Notes: generated by a model from the sequence alone, not told the origin. A stretch of DNA of 64,000 nucleotides from Eledone cirrhosa (GCA_964016885.1 OZ024740.1:412672001-412736000); one strand, 5' to 3'. Positions 27,357 to 40,182 are shown, counted from the first letter of the stretch. Program-made: numbers and translations.

Positions 27357-28524
27357 ATGACTACTGACCAGCAAGCCCACGACGGAAGAAATTGGTCTGA
27401 AAATGAAATTGACCTGTTAATAAACACATGGTTTTCTCTGTCCCAAACAACAAACATTAACGCGTCATGTCTGTAAAAACAGCTCAAACATTTACCACGA
27501 GGTTTGCTAAGCAGATACACAGCAAACTAAAACATGTAGAAGTTTCTTTCAAACTAATTCAAAACCATTTTGAAAACCTCGACATATTTACTCCAATGGA
27601 CAAACACAATAACAGCAACTACAACAACAGCCACAACAGAAAAACCGTCAGAAAATCAGGAGCAACCACTATTGAATTCAAGCATAATAGCTGAATTACT
27701 GAATGACAGTTTCCCTCAACCAATCACTCAACCATCATTATCGCTATCACCATCACCAGCGTCACCATCTTCTGCCACATCAACATCTTCTGCCACACCA
27801 ACTGTTAGTAATGGACCACTGCTCTCTCCCCCACCACAGTTGTCATCATCATCACCACTACTGTTTTCTTCCCCCACATCACCACCATAGCCATGCCATA
27901 TTCAAAAGAACTTAAAAAAAAATATCTATGGAGCTGTATGCACCTCCCACTACATATACCAGAAACCTCAAAATATGCCGCTATTCACTACGTCAGAAGC
28001 TATGCACACGTAGCGACTGTATATTTACCCATTTGCCGGGTACTAGGCGCACTAACACTACCATCCAACACCAAAGCAAGCTGCCCACACTCATAGGTCG
28101 TGGTCCCAAAATCTGCCATCATTCCCAACGTGAGAGGCTATGTCTGCTGACTGACTGTCCCTTCACTCATCTTCCTGGGACGCAACGCACATACAAAAAA
28201 GGGGCTCCATGCCAACACACAAACCACAATAAAGCCACCCCCTGCTGCGGTAATGCTGCTCCAGTCTTCTCACAAAGATATGATTACAACAAAAACAAAT
28301 ACAACAACAAAAATAACGCTGCTCTAGTCTTTTCACAACGACACAATTATAACAAATACAACAACAAAAGAGGGAACTGCAACCCTATTCAATGTTGTAA
28401 CCATAAATCCAAGCAAAAACTGCTCCCTGAACAAAGAAAGTTTTCTTTTTTAGACATAAACCTGGCAAAAGAGATAGAGAATAACATGTTAGCCATCACC
28501 CAACACCATCCTTGCTATCACTAA
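27357..28524 (+). pseudogene. LINE ORF1 remnant: N-terminal Myb/SANT-like helix motif, Ser/Pro-rich linker, two CCCH zinc fingers
   Basis: MTTDQQAHDGRNWSENEIDLLINTW; CRYSLRQKLCTRSDCIFTH and CHHSQRERLCLLTDCPFTH (both C-x8-C-x4-C-x3-H); broken by stops and frameshifts. Confidence 0.6.
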
Positions 28525-28579
28525 CACACAATCACAAAACAAGCCCCTGCAACACTCAAAACTAGCCACCGCACTAGCC

Positions 28580-31512
28580 TCCACATTTTTACTCAATACA
28601 CAAGGTATCAGCCCATCCATCAATGCACAGAAATGGAAGATCCAATTCATTGAGGATGTAGTTGGTAACCATCCCTTTCACATCCCCTTCTTCATTCTTA
28701 CTGAGACCCACCTTGACAACTCCCACTTGGAGGCCAAAGTAAGAGTGAGAAATTTCACAACCATCCGTGCGGATCGTGTTGGCAGAAGGAAAGGGGGACT
28801 GCCATTTTCCTGCCTGGTTCCTTTCGGGAAGATGGTAACACAACATTCTCTAATGGATACTGTGAATCAGTCGCTGTGCACAATAAAGTCAATGACCTGA
28901 CATTAGTTGGGCTCTATAGGCCACTACAAACACCCATAATCTGCTTCAAAGAATGCCTCAACAGTATTAAATTCTATATTAAACAGTGCCATTCTAGCAA
29001 CATACTTTTGATGGGAGACTTTAATCTACCCTGTGTCGATTGGTCTACATGTAGTTTGAAACCAGGCACCACAACCTCAACCACTGACAAAGAAGCTCTC
29101 GAGTCACTTCTTGACTTCATGAATGAGTTTTTATTGTCCCAACTTGTCCTTGCACCAACGAGGCATCAGAAGAACATTCTGGATCTAGTGTTTAGTAACC
29201 ACACTAACACTATACATAATATTACAGTGGAAAAACCCTTCTTTCAGACCATGACATGGTTCTTAGTAACCTGAGATTCCACCAGCCGAAAGCTAATCCC
29301 AGGGTCCTCTTTCCAGCCAACCCATTTGATAACATGGATCTCTACAATGCCAACTGGGATGCAATTATGAACGAACTATCACATGTCGACTGGTCTTTTA
29401 CACACGCACACACTTCTACCAAAATCAAAACATCTTGGCAGATCTTTGTAGACACTGCACTGTCACAAATATATGTACAAAACACACCCCACCAAAACCT
29501 GTGAACAAAGCCAATTGCAGTATCCCCCAAAACAGAAAAACAATTATCAGAAAAATAAAAAGAACAAACAAAAAAATAACACACTAAAATACTACCAACA
29601 GCTACACACATATTCGATGGCTATCGCCCTGCTTGAGTGAAAAAAATATAACCTCCAGCAATGCATGATGATCCTCATCAATAACCAGAGAATAGCTGAA
29701 GAGAGGTGTGCCATTGAGAAAATCAAACTCAACCCCAAACTTTTCTTTTCATTTGCTAAAAAACACAAGGTCACGGTCTCCACTTTTGGCCCCTTAGTTG
29801 ATGAAAATGGCATACCCCAAGACAATGCCAAAACCATGGGCGAGATACTGCAGAAACAATACTGCTCAGTTTTCAGCAATCCTGATGTGGCCGATCTGGG
29901 CCGTATCAGTAGTGTTAATCCAGAACACACTATATCCGACATAACGTTTGGCGCCCCTGATGTCTTAGCGGCAATAAACGAAATTCAGCAGTACGCTCCG
30001 ACAGGTTCCCTGCTTGTATCCTGAAGGTGTGTCGACACCAACTTGCATCTCCTCTTGCTAATCTTTGGAGGAACTTACTGGAAACTGGCTATATTCCTGA
30101 AAACCTTTTGTCCCAGTCCGTCGTCCCAGTCTTCAAAAATGGAAATAAGTCCCTTGCAGTGAACTACCGTCCGGTCTCACTCACCTCTCATGTTATCAAG
30201 GTATTTGAGAGGGTATTTTAGAGGGTGGTGAGATTACGAATAACCCACTTTCTTGAAAGTGACGGCCTGCGGAACTCCAACCAACATGGGTTCCGTAATG
30301 GAAGGGAATGCCTAACGCAGCTCCTGCATCACTTTGACGATGTTTTGAGAGCCTTGGCAGAGCGCTCCAGCACTGATGATATCTACCTTAATTTCAGCAA
30401 GGCTTTTGACAGGGTTGATCATAAGATTCTACTGAAAAAAACTTTCCAATGTCGGTGTCTCTGGAAGGTTACTACAGTGGATCAAATGTTTCCTTACAGG
30501 CAGAACCCAGCATGTTGTAGTCGAAGGAGTAAAATCAAGCCCTGCCAAAGTCAGTAGTGCCGTCCCACAAGGACCCGCTTCTTTTCTTCATCTACATTAA
30601 TAACATTACTGGCATCATCAAGCACAGAAACATAAGAATCTTCGCAGATGATTCCAAGCTCCAAAGAGTCATCAATGAGATGGGTGACCGGACTTGCCTT
30701 CAGTCAGACCTACTGGCTGTTATCCAATGGGCAGAGATGAATAATATGCTGTTGAATTAATGCACTTTGGAAAAAAGGATGCCCTGAAACTACCATACTC
30801 TCTTCATTCGGGTGAAACTCTAATAACATCCAATAACATCAGAGACCTGGGAGTAATTGTGGACAACAATATAAGCTGGACCACTCATATAAACAGCAAA
30901 GTTGATATGGCCTGCAGAATGTGTTCCTGGATTCTCAGAACTTTCCAGTCGAGAGATATCCACACTGTTATTCTTCTCTTCTCCACTTTTGCCCGACTCC
31001 ACCTTCAATACTGTTGTCCACTGTGGTCACCCCACACGAAACAAAGTATCATGAAAGTTGAAGCACCCCAAAGGTCAATTACAAAAAAGATAGATGGCAT
31101 AACAGGCCTTGACTATTGGAGTCGATTAGAAAAGCTCAATCTTTATTTTCTCCAACGTCGCACTGGGCGTTACATTATCTGTATGATGTGGAAAATATTC
31201 CATCAGCTTTGCCCAAATGATGTTGGCATCACCTTTAATGTACACCCAAGGCTTGGGCCCCATGATATCCGCCCACGACAAAAATCTCACCCGCATCTCA
31301 TGACAACAATACGGCACAATTATTTCACCTCAATTGGCCCTGCACTCTTTAACATTACACCAAAACACATCAAGGCAGAGACAGACCCCATCAAGTTAAA
31401 GAAGTCTTTGGATACATTCCTTCAAGTAATCCCGGATAAGCCTCCTACACCCGGAAATGCCTCCGTAAACAATAACTCTCTGCTGGAGTGGGCCATGGTG
31501 CCCAAACACTAA
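28580..31512 (+). pseudogene. LINE ORF2 (APE endonuclease + reverse transcriptase), multiply frameshifted
   Basis: ILTETHL, VGLYRP, MGDFNLP, LDLVF, SDHD (APE); NYRPVSLTSHVIKVFE, QHGFR, FSKAFD, IFADD, RDLGV (RT); C-terminus IPDKP..PG....NNSLLEW. Confidence 0.92.
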
Positions 31513-31678
31513 TTCGTAAGACTTCGCCAGGTGGTGCTATTAAGTTAGACATGGCATGGGCCAATACTGGCCGAAACCTATCAAAGTTATCAAAGTTATA
31601 TATATATACATATATATGAAAGACGTAAAATAAGAAAATTTAAAAAAAAATTTAAAAAATTAACTTACTAAAATTTTC

Positions 31679-31760
31679 ACTCCAACTAATTAGTTTCTGT
31701 AATGGGATAAAGACAGTTACGTAATATAACCGTCGAGAATTCATTACGTCATCACGGAGT
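31679..31760 (-). ncRNA. Type I hammerhead, family D, core C3->G variant
   Basis: Reverse complement of 32612-32693 but reads GUGAUGA. Confidence 0.6.
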
Positions 31761-32611
31761 CTATTCTCAGCTAAGTCTCCAGGCAATGCGCGGACACTGG
31801 GACTCATATAAAAATAATAATGATTCGGTAGATGGAACAGCTAGCGGGGACTGGATTCCATGCACTGAAAAGCTCGCTGTCTCTGGTCAAATGGCAGATT
31901 CTAAAGAATCAATCACGTGACACTGAGGCTAGTCGGAAGGAGTGGGATGGTAAGATGACAGAAGCCTACTACCACACCAGTGAATTAGTAGTGGTTTTGG
32001 CAGGTTTGCTCAACAAATAAATAATTTGGAGATAAATATAGAGAATTTAGTATATCTACTAACATATGCGTACAGATGTACACTAATGCCAGCAAATACA
32101 TAAGTTATGTCATAGTACCTAGGTGGTTCAATGCAGGAGGATGCAGAACAATAATATGAAAGACGTAAAATAAGAACATTTAAAAAAAAAATTAAAAAAT
32201 TAACTTACTTACTAAAATTTTCACTCCAACTAATTAGTTTCTGTAATGGGATAAAGACAGTTACGTTATATAACCGTCGAGAATTCGTGTACATCTGTAC
32301 GCATATGTTAGTAGATATACTAAATTCTCTATATTTATCTTCAAATTATTTATTTGTTGAGCAAACCTGCCAAAACCACTACTAATTCACTGGTGTGGTA
32401 GTAGGCTTCTGTCATCTTACCATCCCACTCCTTCCGACTAGCCTCAGTGTCACGTGATTGATTCTTTAGAATCTGCCATTTGACCAGAGACAGCGAGCTT
32501 TTCAGTGCATGGAATCCAGTCCCCGCTAGCTGTTCCATCTACCGAATTCATTATTATTTTTATATGAGTCCCCAGTGTCCGCGCATTGCCTGGAGACTTA
32601 GCTGAGAATAG

Positions 32612-32693
32612 ACTCCCTGATGACGTAATGAATTCTCGACGGTTATATTACGTAACTGTCTTTATCCCATTACAGAAACTAATTAGTTGGAGT
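32612..32693 (+). ncRNA. Type I hammerhead ribozyme (family D), intact core
   Basis: Stem I ACUCC/GGAGU; core CUGAUGA (32617); 51-nt stem II domain GUAAUG...CAUUAC with internal hairpin GACGGUUA/UAACUGUC; GAAA (32675); palindromic stem III AACUAAUUAGUU; GUU cleavage triplet. Confidence 0.85.
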
Positions 32694-32874
32694 GAAAATG
32701 TTAGTAAGTAAGTTAATTTTTTTATTTTTTTTTAAATTTTCTTATTTTAAGTCTTTCATGTTATTGTTCTGCATCCTCCTGCATTGAACCACCTAGGTAC
32801 TATGATATAACTTATGTATTTGCTGGCATTAGTGTACATCTGTACGCATATGTTAGTAGATATACTAAATTCTC

Positions 32875-32932
<58 letters not shown>

Positions 32933-32951
32933 CATAAATATATATATATAC

Positions 32952-33500
32952 ATCAACTGTCGGATCGGCAAAGGAGCTGCAGTTTTCCAGCGGCTGTGAC
33001 CAGTCTGGTCGTCTTCATGGATTAGCACCAAGACCAAGCTCCGCTTGTACAAGACCATCGTGCTGCCGACAGTGCTTTATGCGAGCGAGACCTGGAAGAG
33101 TACGGTAAAAATAGAGAGACGGCTGAATGCTTTCAACCAGCGGTGCCTGCGAAAGATCCTTCGTGTGTCCTGGCACGACCGAGTGCGAAACGAGGAGATC
33201 CTGTGGAGAGCCGAGTTGTGGACGCTACAGAGAGTGGCCACAGAGTATCGGTGCCTTGTAGCTGGTCATATCTGCGTCTGCCAAATGAACAGCATTCTAA
33301 AACAGTGATGAACTGGACTCCGCCTGGCGGTAAACGGAGGCGGGCTTGCCCGAGGATGACCTGGCGACGAACGTTCCGGAAGGACCTGTTGACAGTCAAC
33401 ATCATCTAGCACGCTCTCGAAAAAGTTGCCGCTGATCGTGACCGTTGGCGCGTACTTACTGCTCGATGCGCCGAACGGCGCGGAAGAAGCTAAGACTAAG
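32952..33500 (+). mobile_element. 5'-truncated RTE-clade LINE fragment
   Basis: INCRIGKGAAVFQRL, KTKLRLYKTIVLPTVLYASETW, FNQRCLRKILRVSWHDRVRNEE, WTPPGGKRRRACPRMTWRR are typical of the RTE C-terminus; CTAAG-type tail; (TA)n flanks. Confidence 0.9.
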
Positions 33501-33501
33501 A

Positions 33502-33570
<69 letters not shown>

Positions 33571-33973
33571 CCTAAACGGACGGTAGTCCGTTTAGTAATA
33601 TTGTTGTGGTCCTGTTTTCGTTGGTAATCGTCTGTTTACGACAGTACAGCGCGGCTCTACTTTATTTAACTGAGATAAAACTTATATGAGTATGAACAGT
33701 AGATCATTACGAATCTTTTGACTTAAAAATATAGAAATTTGGTCCAGCGGGAAAAAGTTTATAATCAAAGTTTGCTGATAAATCTTGTATTCAAGTGAGT
33801 GAGTAGTAAGCGTGACGCTAGGGGAAGTAATCCAGAAATGACGACATTTTTTCGGCAGAACTCTTGTGATTGTGATTACGTTAGTCAAATGTAGTCAAAT
33901 CGCCGCATCCCCTCCTCCTAATTGACTACGTCATTTCTGAACGGCCCTACTTCCCTCCAAAGAGGGCTCGATA

Positions 33974-34010
<37 letters not shown>

Positions 34011-34015
<5 letters not shown>

Positions 34016-35220
34016 ATACAATAACAGAGGTAGCTTAAAGCTAAACTATGACTGGTAACCATCTCACTCAACAAACATTAGGTTGTATGTTAGTATAACC
34101 CAATTTAAGTGTTTGGGTGCTAACTATATGTATTATGTGGAAAGCCAGTTGTATTATTTTATGAGATATAATTAAAGTTAAAATATATCTCTCTTTCCAA
34201 ACAATTGTTTCATTATAAGTTTTCTACAAATTAGGAGAATGTTTCCAGTTTATGTAGAAGCCTAACATATATTCATGTAAGAATATATTTAGGTGGGCAC
34301 TTATAAATCATCAGTGGAAGCCCATTAAACTTTGATATAAAAAAAAATTCTTACCGCAGTTAAAAATCGTGTCTGCTAAGTTGCTCCCTCACGCATCGAA
34401 TGACCGCCAAATTTGAAATTCCACCAGTTTTTGACTGAGGAAGTATTATAGCGTCACGAAGCGGGAAGGGGAGATAACTAATACACGAGAAAAGAAGAAA
34501 TAATATTCACGCGGGTTAATTAGTTTTTTCAAAAAACATTATCAATCCAACGTGTTAAGAACTCAATTGAAATTAAAAAAATAAATAAATGCATGCGTGT
34601 ATTAATTACACACGCATATAGATATTTCTTAGGCTAAAAACAGAAGTCGTACTCGAATAGCAAACCGCATTTCATAACCGTAGTAAATTCGGAAAATTAC
34701 GCTTTAAAGGGCAATCGGGAATGTAAATCTCTGGCCGAATTAAGAGTAAAATATTAAATATACGTGGGTTAATTAGTTATTTCCAAACTAATATCAATTC
34801 CACGTGTTAAGAACGCAATTAATTTAAAAAAATAAAAGTATGTATGTAATTATTTACACAGGCATATATATATTTTCTTAGGCTAAAAACAGAGAAGTGA
34901 CAACCAAAAAACCATCATATCGCACAACAGTAATAAATACGGAAAGTCATATTTTTAAGGTACCTGGAAATAAATACCTCTGGCCAATCAAGAGTAAAAT
35001 ATTTAATACAATATCAGAGATAACTTAAAGCTAAACTCTGACTGGTAACCATCTCACTCAACAAACATTAGGTTATATGTTAGTATAACCCAATTTAAGT
35101 GTTTGGGGTGCTAACTATATGTATTATGTGGAAAGCCAGTTGTATTATTTTATGATATATAATTAAAGTTAAAATATATCTCTCTTTCCAAACAATTGTT
35201 TCATTATAAGTTTTCTACAA
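34011..35220 (-). mobile_element. Family E: non-coding 990-bp HHR-bearing monomer with 210-bp terminal direct redundancy and an internal ~250-bp tandem duplication
   Basis: 34011-34230 is nearly identical to 35001-35220; ~34500-34750 resembles ~34750-35000; (TA)n flanks; no ORF. Confidence 0.85.
34195..34319 (-). ncRNA. Type I hammerhead ribozyme (family E) with 96-nt branched stem II domain
   Basis: Minus strand UUCCA-CUGAUGA-u[UUAUAA ... UUAUAA]u-GAAA-CAAUUG-UU-UGGAA; two internal hairpins inside stem II. Confidence 0.75.
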
Positions 35221-35255
35221 TATATATATATATATATATATAAGTATATATATAA

Positions 35256-35306
<51 letters not shown>

Positions 35307-35327
35307 TAGTAATAATAATACTATTTT

Positions 35328-35366
<39 letters not shown>

Positions 35367-35411
35367 TATATATATATATAAGTATATATATATATAAGTA
35401 ATATATATATG

Positions 35412-35478
<67 letters not shown>

Positions 35479-35574
35479 TGAAATTTCAGTTGGAAACAGA
35501 AAAGGTCATAGAAATGAAGAGTGCTCTATGTAAGTATCAGAGCAAAATTTAATGTATAAAATCAATACAATATA

Positions 35575-35652
35575 ATTACCTCATTACCAGAGGTTTCCCG
35601 AATGAGGCTAATACGAAATAAACGGCTTCATTCGTTCGTCAGACGAGGCAAT
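35575..35652 (-). ncRNA. Type I hammerhead in the inverted pLTR of PLE 1
   Basis: Reverse-complement copy of 39890-39967 with stem II CGAAUGA/UCAUUCG. Confidence 0.8.
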
Positions 35653-36589
35653 ATAAAACATGGGCAAATACTTACAAAAACACATCAAGAAAATCAAAAA
35701 AATCAAAAAAATATATAGATAAATGAAATAGAAATTGAAATATATAAAAATCTATCAAGAAAAATAGTTAGGTGTGTGTATGTATATACGCTCACAGATG
35801 TGCATATATGTATATATGCACATGTAAATGTATAGTTAGAAAGTGTGCGTAATTATAAAAATTTAGGGAAAATGTATCTATATGTCTGTATTATACAGAC
35901 AGAAATGGTTACATCGTAAACATAAGAATATAAAGTCGCGCGCATAAAAACGCCTGGACACTCGTACACTTAGATGCGGAAAGAAAGGAGGTAAAGAGCG
36001 TATAATAATTAAAAGAAAAGTATCTATCTCGATATATTTATAAAAATATAGTAACGATAAATTAGAAAGACAAGATAGAAAGAAAAAATTAAAGAAAACA
36101 AAAAAAGGGGGGGTACATACATACACAGACACGCGTGTCTCACAAAAGAAATGTAAAAATAATTATGCTTATATACACACGCGCACTTACACTTCCATAC
36201 GTTCGATACGTACATACACACACACACACACACACACATACTTATACTCGCGCATATAAACCTGTTTGCATGCCCACGTATGAAACTGAGTAAGTAACAA
36301 AAGAGGGAGGGGGGGAAGAAAAAAGGAACAAAAACATAAAACCGAAATGTCAAAAACACGGATATAAAGACACTTACACATACGCATAATATATACATAC
36401 ACACACACACAAACACCTGTACACACACGCATACATACACGCATATATATATATGTATATATATATATACATATACATACACGCACGCGCGCGCACATAC
36501 GTAGTCACTCATGTACATATATAAAAAGTATACACACATTAAGGCGTTCAGCCATATTGAAATGTGGATAAATAAATACAAATATAAAA

Positions 36590-38671
36590 AAATACGAAAA
36601 TACTGATAGATAAAGTAGAGAAGGTTGTTAAAAGAATGAGATGGAAAGCTTTGATACTCGATGGTCAATTTAACACGGATTCTACGGAATATTTTGACAT
36701 CAAAACTCACAAATACCCGCAAAGAGTAAAAGATATGACCGCCTTTGAATTAGACCTAGTTAACCTTATCAACAACATCAAATTTCGTAAGTACTCTAAC
36801 CCCTTTCAATCCAAATTATCTAATGATATTTCTACTTTCAAATCTTCTAATAATAAGTTCATCTTCTCAGATAAAACTAAAAACCTATATGAAGTTAATA
36901 TTAATTTACACGACCAACTATTAATAGATAATATCACCTCTAAATACCAAATAGCTAATATAAATACGTACCATAATATAAATAAGGAAGCTAAAGAATT
37001 AGCTGTTTCTTTAAAAATAGATAATAGGACAGAAAAAACTTGCTAAACGTTCTGCGTATATCACCCTTAAAGATCATAAACCCGACTTTATTAATCGCCC
37101 TAGTTGTAGATTAATCAACCCTGCTAAGATTGATATTGGTCTTGCCAGTAAAAAAATTTTAAATAAATTAAATACACACATTAGAAGTAAGTCTAAATTA
37201 CTCCAATGGATAAATAGCTCTTCCGTAGTACATTGGTTTAATAATATTAAAAACAAAATCAGTTCTAGATTCACCCAATTTGATATCGTAGATTTCTACC
37301 CATCTATTACTCAGACCCTTTTAGTGAAAGCTTTAAATTTTGCTAGAGGGTTCACTAATATCTCCGATATTGAAGAGGATGTAATCTTGCATGCTAGGAA
37401 CACTCTACTTTTTAATGATAATGATACTTGGGTAAAAATATCTAACCCAGAGAACCCATTCGATGTCTCAATGGGCTCTTATGACAGTGCCGAGGTTTGT
37501 GATCTGGTCGGCCTATTCCTCTTACATACACTTAAAGAAAAATTTCCTAGCCATATTTTTGGGCTTTATCGCGATGATGGTCTAATACTTTCCCATACCA
37601 CCATAGGCCATAACTTAGATAGATTAAGGAAAGACTTAATAAAAACCTTTGCTAGTTTTAATCTTCAAATTACTATTGATACTAACCTTTCTAACGTAGA
37701 TTTCCTAGATATAAACTTAGATTTGCCTACTGCTTCTTATAAACCATACCATAAACCTAATGAAAACTTAAAATATATAAATAAAGGATCTTGCCATCCA
37801 CCTATAGTTTTTAAAAACCTTATCCCTAATATTAGCCGTAGGATCTCCACCCTCTCTTCATCAGAAGCTATTTTCAATAAGGCATCCCCCTACTATAATA
37901 AAGCCCTCCAAAATAGCGGCTTTAGCGAACCGATTAAATACATACCTAACTACACTAACTCTATTAAACATAAAAATAGGAAAAGAAAAAATAATCTGGT
38001 TCACACCCCCCTACTCTCTAGCAGTTAAAACTAATGTAGGCAAAACATTCCTAGAACTCCTAGATAAACATTTCCCTAGAACACATAGATACTATAAGAT
38101 CTTTAACAGAAACTGTGTTAAAATTAGCTATTCTTGCGGTCCCCCTATTAAGTCTTATATCCTCAACAAAACATCACCTAGAGAAAATCAAACTTGCTCC
38201 TGTAGAATCAAAAGTGAATGCCCATTACAAGGTAAATGCAACACCAAAGCCATTGTATATGCGGCTAATGTGATAACCATCAGCAACAACCATCCAGTCA
38301 CCAGTGAACGATATGTGGGTATGACGCAAGACAGATTCAAAACGCGTTATTACTCACATGTCGCATCCTTTCGACATCCAGAAAAAAGATTTACAACAGC
38401 TCTGGCTAGCAGAATCTGGGATTTGAAAGACCAAGGCATCCAATATAAACTAGATTGGTCAAATTTGAACCAATATAAAAAATATGCTAGAGGAACAAGA
38501 AAATGCACGCTCTGCATAAATGAAAAATTTTGGATATTGCAAAATCTTAAATCACCAAAGACCTGCCTGAACACAAAGACGGAAATTTTTACCAGTTGCC
38601 CACACATGAAATCACACCTGCTTTCCAGCTCATATAAACTTAACACACTTTCAGATACTTATCCTGCATAA
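36590..38671 (+). pseudogene. PLE 1 polyprotein (RT + GIY-YIG), slightly 5'-truncated, two frameshifts in poly-A runs
   Basis: KRMRWKA, SDKTKNLY, TLKDHKPDF..PSCRLINP, FDIVDFYPSI, MGSYDSAEVCDLVG, GLYRDDGL, WFTPPY, CSCRIKSECPLQGKC, IVY...YVGMT..RFKTRY, CTLCINEK. Confidence 0.92.
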
Positions 38672-39889
38672 ACTCTTATTATTCTCTTTTTAATTACCCT
38701 TTCTGACTTACTTTCATTCTTATCCTTGTCAATAATTTCATTTATTTTCACTTTTATTTATTTTTACTTCACCCCCCCCCCCCTTTATTCTCCGATCCAC
38801 TTCCTATTTTCTATTTTTTACTTCCCCTTCTTTTACTTCCCTTTTTCCTCCACTAACTGATTATACTTGTCTTTTGTGTTTTTCAATCCAGATATATTTT
38901 TCATTTTTATTTTTATTTTATTTTTGCGCAGCCTATCTTACAATTTTATATTTGTATTTATTTATCCACATTTCAATATGGCTGAACGCCTTAATGTGTG
39001 TATACTTTTTATATATGTACATGAGTAACTACGTATGTGCGCGCGCGTGCGTGTATGTTTATGTATATATATATATACATATATATATATATGCGTGTAT
39101 GTATGCGTGTGTGTACAGGTGTTTGTGTGTGTGTGTATGTATATATTATGCGTATGTGTAAGTGTCTTTATATCCGTGTTTTTGACATTTCGGTTTTATG
39201 TTTTTGTTCCTTTTTTCTTCTCCCCCCCCCCTTCCCTCTTTTGTTACTTACTCAGTTTCATACGTGGGCATGCAAACAGGTTTATATGCGCGAGTATAAG
39301 TATGTGTGTGTGTGTGTGTGTATGTACGTATCGAACGTATGGAAGTGTAAGTGCGCGTGTGTATATAAGCATAATTATTTTTACATTTCTTTTGTGAGAC
39401 ACGCGTGTCTGTGTATGTATGTACCCCCCCTTTTTTGTTTTCTTTATTTTTTTCTTTCTATCTTGTCTTTCTAATTTATCGTTACTATATTTTTATAAAT
39501 ATATCGAGATAGATACTTTTCTTTTAATTATTATACTCTCTTTACCTCCTTTCTTTCCGCATCTAAGTGTACGAGTGTCCAGGCGTTTTTATGCGCGCGA
39601 CTTTATATTCTTATGTTTACGATGTAACCATTTCTGTCTGTATAATACAGACATATAGATACATTTGCCCTAAATTTTTATAATTACGCACACTTTCTAA
39701 CTATACATTTACGTGTGCATATATACATATATGCACATCTGTGAGCGTATATACATACACATACACACACCTAACTATTTTTATTGATAGATTTTTATAT
39801 ATTTCAATTTCTATTTCATTTATCTATATATTTTTTTGATTTTTTTGATTTTCTTGATTTGTTTTTCTAAGTATTTGCCAATGTTTTAT

Positions 39890-39967
39890 ATTGCCTCGTC
39901 TGACGAACGAAAGAAGCCGTTTATTTCGTATTCGCCTCATTCGGGAAACCTCTGGTAATGAGGTAAT
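39890..39967 (+). ncRNA. Type I hammerhead in the 3' pLTR of PLE 1
   Basis: 10-bp stem I AUUGCCUCGU/AUGAGGUAAU; core CUGACGA; 38-nt stem II domain; GAAA-CC-ucu-GG-UA (GUA triplet). Confidence 0.85.
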
Positions 39968-39988
39968 TATATTGTATTGATTTTATAC

Positions 39989-40056
<68 letters not shown>

Positions 40057-40084
40057 CTTATATATACGGTGAATATGGCGCATG

Positions 40085-40124
40085 TCTCTCAGACATGACA
40101 ACCCTTAATTTTAATTTTTATTTT

Positions 40125-40182
<58 letters not shown>

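Larger units (their letters stand above)
27327..31597 (+). mobile_element. Near full-length, decayed non-LTR retrotransposon (CR1/L2/Jockey group), flanked by (TA)n on both sides
   Basis: ORF1-like region followed by APE and RT motifs; short 3' UTR with hairpin GGCC-aatact-GGCC and tandem tail (TATCAAAGT)x2. Confidence 0.9.
31616..32880. mobile_element. Family D: non-coding ~540-bp HHR-bearing monomer present as two inverted, circularly permuted, longer-than-unit arms (retrozyme-like)
   Basis: Left arm 31616-32286 repeats at period 540 (ATGAAAGACG at 31616 and 32156). Right arm 32287-32880 is its reverse complement with period 545 (GTGTACATCT at 32287 and 32832). (TA)n on both flanks. Confidence 0.9.
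35476..39991 (+). mobile_element. Naiad-type Penelope-like element 1 with ~1-kb inverted pseudo-LTR upstream
   Basis: ~35549-36588 is the reverse complement of ~38945-39991, enclosing an RT + GIY-YIG ORF; long (TA)n tracts on both sides. Confidence 0.93.

Noticed and set aside
31545-31597. LINE 3' hairpin GGCC-aatact-GGCC-GAAAC as a hammerhead
   Set aside because: No CUGANGA core; more likely the LINE RT-recognition stem-loop.
31832-32538. Identical 62-aa ORFs on opposite strands
   Set aside because: A consequence of the inverted duplication; antisense to the HHR strand, with no recognisable domain.
33900-33950. ACGTCATTTCTGAACGGCCCCT, a possible DNA-transposon TIR
   Set aside because: No partner TIR was found in the window.
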